A DNA stretch of 64,000 bases from the NCBI GenBank assembly GCA_050693155.1, contig JBOGWA010000146.1, positions 8,975 through 72,974 on the forward strand, written 5' to 3'. A model generated the notes under the pieces. It saw only the letters and a program-made list of their open reading frames with translations, was not told where the DNA came from and did no database searches. Made by a program: the position numbers and the translations under genes. Below, piece after piece: positions 1 to 7,331 of this stretch. Every line of letters starts with the position of its first letter. Positions within the stretch are counted from its first letter, which is position 1. The stretch comes from Actinomycetota bacterium (GTDB taxonomy: Bacteria; Actinomycetota; UBA4738; CALAEC01).

Positions 1-1183
1 CTCGTACTCCTTGGGCGCCCCCGATGAAGTTGCGAAGCACCTGCGACTCGGAGAGCACCCGGGCGATCTCACCGAACCCGAGGGTGACGATCGCTAGGTA
101 GTCACCGCGAAGCCGAAGGACCGGCGCGCCGATCAGAACCCCGACGAACATCGCGATGACGATCACGATCGGGAGCGCAGCCCAGAACGAGAGGTTCAGG
201 GAGGCCGCCGGGGCGGCGGTTTCTCCAAGCGACGTGACGAGATTGGCTCCGGTGAGCAGGGCGATCGAGTACGCTCCAACGGCAAAGAAGGCGACGTAGC
301 CGAGGTCGAGGAGTCCCGCGTATCCCACCACGATGTTCAGCCCCAGGGCCATGAGCAGGAACAGCCCGACCTGCCCGAGGATATTTGACAGGATCGAGCC
401 GATCAGAAACGGAAGCCCCACAAGAACCGCGAGGAGGCCCAGCCCTCCGATCGCAAGGATGCCGGATCGCGCCTGCGATGAGGATCGCTCCCCCAGCCAC
501 TGGCGGACGGCGCTCCGGCGTGCGGCCCAGAGCCAAGATGCGCCCATTCCGACTGCCAGGACGATGATCGCCCCGCCGTAGGTGAGGCCCGCCGCCGGCA
601 GGTACAACCAGCCCGTGGGGGCGCCGAGCTCAAAGAGAATTGTCGGGACGATTCGCTGTAGGAGCGCCACCAGCAGAAGGACCGCGAGCCCCACGAACAC
701 GGGGCGTCGGTATGGCTGCGGCAGCAGCCGAAACCCCGCCGCGGCGGCCCCGAGCCCCGCGCCACCGACGACCAGAATGATCGCCGCGGCTCCGAGGCCT
801 TGATCGAAGGTGACCGTCGAAAGCAGCGTCGGCGAGATCGAGATGAAGATATTGCGGACGGCCTCCTCGCCAATCAGCTTCACGAACGAAACGAACAGGA
901 TCATGACGCCACCGACGATCGCTCCCGTCTCCGCCCCCGCGGCGAGCGCTTCCCGCGCCGGCGTGTGCTCCCACTCCCCGGCTCGCATCCTGGGACGAAG
1001 CACCAGGTAGGCGGCAGCGAACGCCGGGAGCGCGAGCATGACCCGTCCGAGCGTGATCTCGGCGCCGATGAGCTCGCGAACGCCGAATTTCTCGATGAGC
1101 CCCACGGCAGCGAGGAACACAAGCACGGCGCCCCCGATGAGACCCACCTTCACGACCTTTTGAAGAAGCTCCCGGCCGCGCAT
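1..1183 (-). CDS. livM: Branched-chain amino acid ABC transporter permease LivM (5' part; gene runs off the window edge)
   Basis: Reverse-strand translation from ATG at ~1183 gives MRGRELLQKV... followed by the LivM core (…NIVVGYAGLLDLGYVAFFAVGAYSIALL…). It lies 2 bp downstream of the livH stop. The ORF track misses it because no stop falls inside the window. Confidence 0.8.
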   Translation of the reverse strand, partial: MRGRELLQKVVKVGLIGGAVLVFLAAVGLIEKFGVRELIGAEITLGRVMLALPAFAAAYLVLRPRMRAGEWEHTPAREALAAGAETGAIVGGVMILFVSFVKLIGEEAVRNIFISISPTLLSTVTFDQGLGAAAIILVVGGAGLGAAAAGFRLLPQPYRRPVFVGLAVLLLVALLQRIVPTILFELGAPTGWLYLPAAGLTYGGAIIVLAVGMGASWLWAARRSAVRQWLGERSSSQARSGILAIGGLGLLAVLVGLPFLIGSILSNILGQVGLFLLMALGLNIVVGYAGLLDLGYVAFFAVGAYSIALLTGANLVTSLGETAAPAASLNLSFWAALPIVIVIAMFVGVLIGAPVLRLRGDYLAIVTLGFGEIARVLSESQVLRNFIGGAQGVR

Positions 1184-1185
1184 CG

Positions 1186-2295
1186 TCAGACCTTCTGTTC
1201 CTCCGCCGTGCCGAGGATTCCGCCCGGCCGGAAGATGAGAACGAACACCAGGACCATGAATGCCACGACATCTTGAAGCTGGAAGAAGGAAGGAACCCCC
1301 ACGCCCTTGAGCAGGAGCGGCGGCGCCACCGCCTCCATGAGCCCGAGGGTCAGGCCGCCGAGCGCGGCGCCGGAAATGCTCCCGATCCCACCGAGAACCG
1401 CCGCGGTGAACGCCTTGATGCCGGGCACGAATCCCATGAACGGCCCGACCTGGCCGAAGGTAAACGCGAAAAGAACGCCGGCAACACCAGCGAGAAGACC
1501 ACCGACGGCGAACGTGGTCACGATCACGTGGTCGACATTGATTCCCATGAGACTCGCGATCTCTTTGTCCTCGGATACCGCGCGCATCGACTTCCCGGTT
1601 TTCGTGCGGGCAACGAACAGAGAGAGGGCGACCATCGACAGGGCGGCTGTGAGAATGACCAGCGCTGCGGGTCGATCCACCTGGATCCCCAGGATGTTCC
1701 ACTGACCGCTCAGCACCTCCGGCGTCGGGTACCCCCGGGTCCGTGGGCTGAAGAATCCTCTGAAGGCGTTCTGGAGGAAGAGCGAGGCGCCGATCGCCGT
1801 GATGAGCGGCACGAGCCTCGGGGCGCCGCGCAGCGGACGGTATGCGACGCGTTCGAGCAGAACCGCTATGAGCATCGAGACCGCCATCGCGACGGCCATG
1901 AGAACGAGAATCGCGGCGATCGCGTTCGAGTTCAGGAACCCGCTCTCCTCGAACGTTCTCGCAACGAAGAACGACGCAAAGGCTCCGGCCATGAAGACCT
2001 CGCCGTGAGCGAAGTTGATCATGAGCAGGATTCCGTAGACGAGCGAATACCCGATGGCGATCATCGCGTAGATGCTTCCACGGGACAGCCCCTGCACGAC
2101 GAAGTCGCGCCAGCCCGCCCCGCTGATCGCCTCACCAGCCGGGAGGCTGAGGGTCTTCCACGCTCCGTAGCCGACGCCCAGAACCAGCACGACCGCGAGC
2201 GTGCCCTGAATGACCTTCCGGAGCGGGAACCGTTCGAGGAAGACGGTCCGCGTGCGCGGTGTGCTCAGGGCCCCAACCCGATCCGGCTCGGCCAC
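1186..2295 (-). CDS. livH: Branched-chain amino acid ABC transporter permease LivH (N-terminal extension; true start may be downstream of the GTG at 2295)
   Basis: 369-aa ORF with the conserved LivH core (GLSRGSIYAMIAIGYSLVYGILLMINFAHGEVFMAGA…) and multiple transmembrane segments; immediately followed by livM. Confidence 0.85.
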   Translation of the reverse strand: MAEPDRVGALSTPRTRTVFLERFPLRKVIQGTLAVVLVLGVGYGAWKTLSLPAGEAISGAGWRDFVVQGLSRGSIYAMIAIGYSLVYGILLMINFAHGEVFMAGAFASFFVARTFEESGFLNSNAIAAILVLMAVAMAVSMLIAVLLERVAYRPLRGAPRLVPLITAIGASLFLQNAFRGFFSPRTRGYPTPEVLSGQWNILGIQVDRPAALVILTAALSMVALSLFVARTKTGKSMRAVSEDKEIASLMGINVDHVIVTTFAVGGLLAGVAGVLFAFTFGQVGPFMGFVPGIKAFTAAVLGGIGSISGAALGGLTLGLMEAVAPPLLLKGVGVPSFFQLQDVVAFMVLVFVLIFRPGGILGTAEEQKV

Positions 2296-2413
2296 GTCGC
2301 CTGAACCCTCCGTGCGCTTGTCGATCGTCTATGTGGAACTCGGCAGACAAGCTGCGGGTGGGCGGTTTCGCCGCCCACCCGCAAACCTGCCGCTTCCTAC
2401 TACGCCCGAGCTC

Positions 2414-3748
2414 CTACGCTCCGCCCGCGGCCAGCGCTTCGGCCTCGGGCAGGGTCAGGGTCTCGCTGTACACGGGCTTCGCGTTCTCGTCCCCGCCCTC
2501 AACCGGAAGGCCGGGCACCTCGAACACGCCGATCGTGACGTCCGTGGCGCAGTCACCGAGGGGAGTGCAGGTGATGATCCCCGTAATTCCCTCGTACCCG
2601 CTCACCGCGTAGAGCGCGTCGCTAAGCGCCGACCGCGGGATGAACAGGGTGTCGCCTTCCTCGATTGCAACCGCCTCGATCGCGTCGAACAGGATGCTCG
2701 CTGCGTCGAAGGAGTGCGCGTGGAAGGACGCCGTTGGGGCCGTCCCGAACTGATCCGAGTACGCCGGGAGGAAGTCGTTCTTGTAGAAGTCCCCTCCCTG
2801 GAACACGGTCAGGTCCGGCCCCGAGATGAAGGTGCCGTTGGCCGCGTCCCCGGCGACCTCGAGGTAATCGGGAGCGAAGCAGCCGTCAGATCCGGCGAGC
2901 GTCGTGTCCGCCAGTCCCGGAATGTCAGCCGCCTGCGCGGCGAGGAGCCCACAGGCGGGGTTGAAGTCCGGGTAGTAGAGGAACTCCGGCGACCCCTCAC
3001 CTATGCTCGTGAGCAATGGCTTGAAGTCGGTGTCCGTGCTCTGGATCTGCTCGAACGTGGTGATCGTGCCACCCTTGGCCTCGAACACCTGACGGAACAC
3101 CGCCGCAAGCGCGTCGGCGTAGGGGCTCTCGTCGTTGATCGTTGCGGCCGTCGTCACACCGAGCTCGTCGTAGGCAAAGTTCGCCACCACCGCGCCCTGG
3201 ATCTTGTCGTTGTGCGCCGTCCGCAGATAGAACGGCTGGTGGGTCCCCTCCGACGTCAGGTTCGGATTCGTGTTCGACGGCGAGATGAGGATGATCCCCT
3301 GGTCCGACAGGATCCGGTCGGCGACACCGAGCGCGGCGCTCGAGCAGCTCGTTCCGATGACCGCGACGATGTCCGGGTCGGCAGCCAGCTTCGTTGCGCC
3401 GGCCTGTCCGCCTTCGGCGGAGCAGCCGTCGTCCTCGTTGACCTGCTCGACCTCGCGGCCCGCGACAAGTCCGCCGGTTGCGTCGAGCGTCCCGTCTCGG
3501 TTGTCGATCGCGAGCGTGGCGCCGTTGACGCTGTCCTGGCCGAGCGTGGCCGTGTCACCCGAGATCGCCAGGAGCGTACCGAGCTTGATCGGCTCTCCCG
3601 GCCCGTACTCGGCACAACCGAACTCGTCCGCGGCACAGGCTTCGGCGGCGCCGCCGCCTCCACCTTCGCCGTCGCCGCCGCAAGCCGCGGCAACCAGCGC
3701 CAGACCGGCTACCGCGGCGACCAGTATCAGCCACCTTGGCTTCTTCAT
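2414..3748 (-). CDS. livJ: Branched-chain amino acid ABC transporter substrate-binding lipoprotein (LivJ/LivK family)
   Basis: 444-aa ORF. Signal peptide with lipobox (MKKPRWLILVAAVAGLALVAAACGG). Periplasmic-binding-protein fold motifs. Strong SD (AAGGAGGT) 5 nt upstream of ATG. Sits upstream of livH/livM. Confidence 0.85.
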   Translation of the reverse strand: MKKPRWLILVAAVAGLALVAAACGGDGEGGGGGAAEACAADEFGCAEYGPGEPIKLGTLLAISGDTATLGQDSVNGATLAIDNRDGTLDATGGLVAGREVEQVNEDDGCSAEGGQAGATKLAADPDIVAVIGTSCSSAALGVADRILSDQGIILISPSNTNPNLTSEGTHQPFYLRTAHNDKIQGAVVANFAYDELGVTTAATINDESPYADALAAVFRQVFEAKGGTITTFEQIQSTDTDFKPLLTSIGEGSPEFLYYPDFNPACGLLAAQAADIPGLADTTLAGSDGCFAPDYLEVAGDAANGTFISGPDLTVFQGGDFYKNDFLPAYSDQFGTAPTASFHAHSFDAASILFDAIEAVAIEEGDTLFIPRSALSDALYAVSGYEGITGIITCTPLGDCATDVTIGVFEVPGLPVEGGDENAKPVYSETLTLPEAEALAAGGA

Positions 3749-3913
3749 CCAACCTCCTTGGGTCCTTCGATGAGTACCTATCTCGATTTCGAGACAGGGT
3801 CGATCCCTGCGACACCCCCCCTTTCCTCTACCTCAGGAAAGCTGCCTCCAAGCAACTTCTGCATCAGATAAACACAGAACACGCCAGAGTGACAACCCGG
3901 CTCCCCCGCACTG

Positions 3914-4501
3914 TCAAGCATCGAGATTGCCGCCGATGACCCGCCGAGCAACGTCGCTCATGGGCAATCGCTCGTCCATCGCGGTCTTCTGGATGAAGCG
4001 AAAGGCGTCGGCCTCCTTCATACCGTGCTTGTCCATCAGCATGCCTTTCGCACGATCCACGAGCTTGCGCGTTTCCAGCCGCTCCTCGAGGTCGGCAACC
4101 TCCTGCTCGAGCGCGACCGTCTCCTGGTGCCTCGCGACGGCCAGCTCGATTGCCGGGACGACGTCCCCCTTCTGAAAGGGCTTCACGAGATAGCCCATCG
4201 CGCCGGCCTGTTTCGCCCGCTCCACGAGCTCGCGCTGGCTGAACGCAGTCAGCACGAGAACGGGAGCGATTCGTCTCTCGGCGATCCGCTCTGCCGCGGT
4301 CAGCCCGTCGAGGCCCGGCATCTTGATGTCCAGGACGACGAGGTCCGGCGCCAGCTCTTCGGCCATCCGAACAGCGGATTGGCCGTCGCCCGCCTCCCCG
4401 ACGACTTCGTACCCCTCCTCCTCCAGCATCTCCTTCAGATCCAGGCGGATGAGGGCCTCGTCTTCCGCCAGGAGGACCCGGAGCTTCTTGCGCGGCGCCA
4501 T
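3914..4501 (-). CDS. pdtaR: ANTAR-domain response regulator (PdtaR/AmiR/NasT family)
   Basis: Receiver domain (LRVLLAEDEALIRLDLKEML…VVLDIKMPGLDGL, phospho-acceptor Asp) plus C-terminal ANTAR (ELAVARHQETVALEQEVADLEERLETRKLVDRAKGMLMDKHGMKEADAFRFIQKTAMDERLPMSDVARRVIG). Start trimmed from the ORF-track 4621 to MAPRKK at ~4501. Confidence 0.8.
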   Translation of the reverse strand: MAPRKKLRVLLAEDEALIRLDLKEMLEEEGYEVVGEAGDGQSAVRMAEELAPDLVVLDIKMPGLDGLTAAERIAERRIAPVLVLTAFSQRELVERAKQAGAMGYLVKPFQKGDVVPAIELAVARHQETVALEQEVADLEERLETRKLVDRAKGMLMDKHGMKEADAFRFIQKTAMDERLPMSDVARRVIGGNLDA

Positions 4502-4502
4502 C

Positions 4503-4802
4503 TCAAGAAGCAACGGTTGGCCGGCTCGAGATGGCGCGCTCGAGACGGCGACGCTCGTCACGAAGCTCGCCGAGCTTCTGCTCGAGTCGCAGCACCCCCT
4601 CCTCGACGCCGCGATAGGCATCGAAGGTCCGCTGGTGGTCGCGGTCGGCCACGGGCGTCTCGGCCACGAGCAGGCGAAGCCTGGACTCTTCGAGCGCCTC
4701 CTCGTGGACCGCGAGTTGCTCGCGGAGCTGCGTGAGCTCCGTTGCGAGCGCGCAAACCTCTCGGTCGACGGAGGCGAGGCGGCGGGTGAAGTGGCTGGTC
4801 AT
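4503..4802 (-). CDS. Hypothetical small coiled-coil protein (99 aa)
   Basis: ORF ends ~2 bp before the pdtaR start. Heptad-like charged sequence (ELTQLREQLAVHEEALEESRLRLL…LEQKLGELRDERRRLERA). No homology recognised. Confidence 0.35.
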   Translation of the reverse strand: MTSHFTRRLASVDREVCALATELTQLREQLAVHEEALEESRLRLLVAETPVADRDHQRTFDAYRGVEEGVLRLEQKLGELRDERRRLERAISSRPTVAS

Positions 4803-4856
4803 CTCGGTTTGGAGCGGGAGAGGGAGTCTATGGTGCGCACTTCACAGCCGCAACAG

Positions 4857-4940
4857 TGCCGGGGGCGAGAGTCGAACTCGCACGGGCCAAAGCCCAATGG
4901 ATTTTGAATCCATCGCGTCTCCCATTCCGCCACCCCGGCC
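4857..4940 (-). tRNA. tRNA-Leu (anticodon CAA)
   Basis: Reverse complement reads GCCGGGGTGGCGGAATGGGAGACGCGATGGATTCAAAATCCATTGGGCTTTGGCCCGTGCGAGTTCGACTCTCGCCCCCGGCA. It has a cloverleaf with a 7-bp acceptor stem, anticodon loop TTCAAAA (CAA), a long variable arm typical of Leu, and a T-arm GAGTTCGACTCTC. No encoded CCA. Confidence 0.85.
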
Positions 4941-4997
4941 TTCGTCAGTCTACGTCGCACTTTGCGGGCCCTCTCCGATGTGGTACGCATCTGAAGC

Positions 4998-5987
4998 ATG
5001 CGTGTAGCGGTCTGTGCGGACATGGAGGGGCTCACCGGGATCGGCCGACACGAGCAGTGCTTCCCTGCCTGGCGTGACCACTACCGCCACGGTGTACGGA
5101 TGCTCGTGGAGGACGTCCGTGCGGCGGTTGAAGCCGCGCTCGAAGCCGGAGCGAGCGACGCCCTGATCGCCGATTGGCACTACCTCGGGCGGAACATCCC
5201 GAGCGACGCTTTCCCCGACCTCCCCATCCGGCGTCTTTGGGATACCGGCCGGCCACTCGGCGGCGCCGCGGGCCTGGAGGGGGTGGATCTTGCGATCTTC
5301 GTGGGCGTTCACGCCGGCGCCGGGAACCCTCGGGGGTTCCTCTCCCATAGCTTCTGGGCAGGGATGTCGCTCCTTCTGAACGACGTTCCCCTCTCAGAGG
5401 GAGTCTTCCGCGGCCTTGCGGTGGGCGGCGGCGGCGTCGCTCTCGGGGTTCTCGCGGGAGATCAGCGAGCCGGCGAAGAGGCCGCAGGGCTGCTTCCCGG
5501 CGTCCGACATGTAGCCGTAAAGGCCGGCGTGTCCCGCACATCGGTGATCCTCCGTGCGCCGGACGACGCGCGTGAGGAGTTGAGGGAAGCCGTCCGGGCG
5601 GCCGTCTCGTCTCCGCCTCCTCCCCTCACCCACCCGTTCCCCACGACGGCCACGATCCGGTACGGGAGATCCCGATGGGCCGATCAGGCCGAGAAGGCTG
5701 CGGTCGGCGACCGAACCGGGCCCCGTGACCTCTCCGCTCGCCTGGGTTCGGTCCACGACCTGATTCCGTTCCTGGCACGAGGTTTGCTCGCAACCTCACT
5801 CGGCACGGGGCCGGCCCTCGAGAATCGGCTTCTCCCACGCCGTCAGGGTGGGGCCGCGCGGGCGTGGAGCGCGTGCCTCAGGCCGGTGATCGCTCCGATC
5901 GAGCGTCGAGTGGTCCGTTCGATATTGGTCCGCGAGCCGGCAAATAAATACCCCCCGGTGGGAGTTCCCCACCCGCCTCGCGGCTAA
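4998..5987 (+). CDS. dppA: D-aminopeptidase DppA-like (peptidase M55 family)
   Basis: N-terminus MRVAVCADMEGLTGI matches the M55 start (MKxxISxDMEGxxG). The C-terminal ~60 aa are low-complexity and may be over-extended. Confidence 0.6.
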   Translation: MRVAVCADMEGLTGIGRHEQCFPAWRDHYRHGVRMLVEDVRAAVEAALEAGASDALIADWHYLGRNIPSDAFPDLPIRRLWDTGRPLGGAAGLEGVDLAIFVGVHAGAGNPRGFLSHSFWAGMSLLLNDVPLSEGVFRGLAVGGGGVALGVLAGDQRAGEEAAGLLPGVRHVAVKAGVSRTSVILRAPDDAREELREAVRAAVSSPPPPLTHPFPTTATIRYGRSRWADQAEKAAVGDRTGPRDLSARLGSVHDLIPFLARGLLATSLGTGPALENRLLPRRQGGAARAWSACLRPVIAPIERRVVRSILVREPANKYPPVGVPHPPRG

Positions 5988-6652
5988 CTCAGGGAGCGAT
6001 CCTCTCCGGTGGGTGGCGATGAACCCGGCTGCTCCGTAAGAGGGTCCTCTTTAGGAGGCTCCTCTTTTCCCGCCGACGGTGGTTCGTCGAGAGATGGCAG
6101 CGGCGGGGGTAGCGGAGCCGGCGCCGACCGCTCGCCCCCAGGGGAGATGAGCGTCCACGCGCCCCCGGCAAGCGCAACGGCGGCCCCGCCGATCACCAGG
6201 TAGAGCCCGATCCCGGGGCTGATGCTGACGAAGGCGCGTAGCTGCTCGAGCACGACCTCCAAATTGACCGATGCGTTCTGCGACGCGAACTGCTCGGCGA
6301 TCCCGCGCAGTCCTTGGTCCTCGATGTCGACGAGATCCACCGCGGCTCCCCACACGGTGAATCCGGCCGCCACCACCATCAGCACGCCCAGGACCCGCCG
6401 GGCCACCATCGATCGGAGGAGCCAGCTCATCACCGCGAGGCCTGCCACCACGACTCCGATGATGAGAAAAACCTTCCCATCGCTCGTGTCCAGCCCGCTC
6501 ACCACCTCACGCTGAGCGGGAAGTCCGGCCTCGGCAAGCTCAACGTCCACCGTTGCCCAACGCAGCACCGACCCCGCAGCCGCGACCAGGCCTCCGATCA
6601 AAGCCAACACGAACGCGAACGTGGGTTTCTTCGTCGTTAGCGCCTCAGCCAT
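5984..6652 (-). CDS. Hypothetical polytopic membrane protein with Pro-rich C-terminal tail (paralog A)
   Basis: Four predicted transmembrane helices. Shares the motif …SGLDTSDGKVFLIIGVVVAGLAV… with the adjacent ORF. The C-terminus is PAPLPPPLPSLDEPP. Confidence 0.6.
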   Translation of the reverse strand: MAEALTTKKPTFAFVLALIGGLVAAAGSVLRWATVDVELAEAGLPAQREVVSGLDTSDGKVFLIIGVVVAGLAVMSWLLRSMVARRVLGVLMVVAAGFTVWGAAVDLVDIEDQGLRGIAEQFASQNASVNLEVVLEQLRAFVSISPGIGLYLVIGGAAVALAGGAWTLISPGGERSAPAPLPPPLPSLDEPPSAGKEEPPKEDPLTEQPGSSPPTGEDRSLS

Positions 6653-6697
6653 TTCTCTTCGCTCCCCGATTTCCTCGACGCCCAAACCTCCCGGCCC

Positions 6698-7306
6698 CTA
6701 GGGCCACGGATCGACGATGGGGGGTGCGGTCTCTTCCGAAGCGACGGACCTGGCTGCCTCCGCACTCTGCCCCGCGTCGGGCACAAGTGGCGCCGTCGCC
6801 GCCGAACTCGCAGGAGGAGGTGGGGGCGGTGGTTCCATTCGGTCCCGCGCCGGAAGCCGCCCGAAGAGGATTTGTATCGCCCCGATCGTTGCCACCCCTG
6901 CTCCGACGAGCACGATGTAGAGCCCGATTCCGGCCGTCACGGAGACGTCCGAGGCCAGGGTCTCGGGGATGTCGTCTTCCAGCGTGGTGAGGTCGAACAC
7001 GACGGCAACCACCATCAAGGCGGCCGCAAGCGTGGCGATCCCTCCAAAGATTCGACGCATCGTTGGGGAGTGGCCGATCCAGACGATCGCCGCGATGATC
7101 AAAAGAACGATTCCGCCGACGAGAAACAGCTTTCCATCGTCGGTGTCGAGCCCGTTGATCCCGATCGAGCCGAATCCCGTGATGTCCGCGGTCGCGAACG
7201 TGAGGATTGACCCCACGACGAGAAGCAGCCCTCCGGCGGCGAGGGCGCCGAGCGTGGTGACCACCGACATCTGCTTTCGGTCAAGACTCCGGGGCGTCGC
7301 CGACAT
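6698..7306 (-). CDS. Hypothetical polytopic membrane protein with Pro-rich C-terminal tail (paralog B)
   Basis: Same architecture and shared motifs (…NGLDTDDGKLFLVGGIVLLIIAAIVW…; PPPPPPPASS tail). Tandem duplicate of 5984..6652. Confidence 0.6.
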   Translation of the reverse strand: MSATPRSLDRKQMSVVTTLGALAAGGLLLVVGSILTFATADITGFGSIGINGLDTDDGKLFLVGGIVLLIIAAIVWIGHSPTMRRIFGGIATLAAALMVVAVVFDLTTLEDDIPETLASDVSVTAGIGLYIVLVGAGVATIGAIQILFGRLPARDRMEPPPPPPPASSAATAPLVPDAGQSAEAARSVASEETAPPIVDPWP

Positions 7307-7331
7307 CTCTCCCCCCTGTTGGGCCGCGTTC

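Noticed and set aside
2210-3871. 553-aa plus-strand ORF spanning livH-livJ
   Set aside because: It is antisense to two well-supported transporter genes, has low-complexity R/G/P-rich translation and no domain.
4998-5987. Full 329-aa length of the DppA-like ORF
   Set aside because: Family members are about 270 aa. The last ~60 residues are low-complexity and may represent read-through past a missed frameshift or stop. The family call is kept but the end is uncertain.
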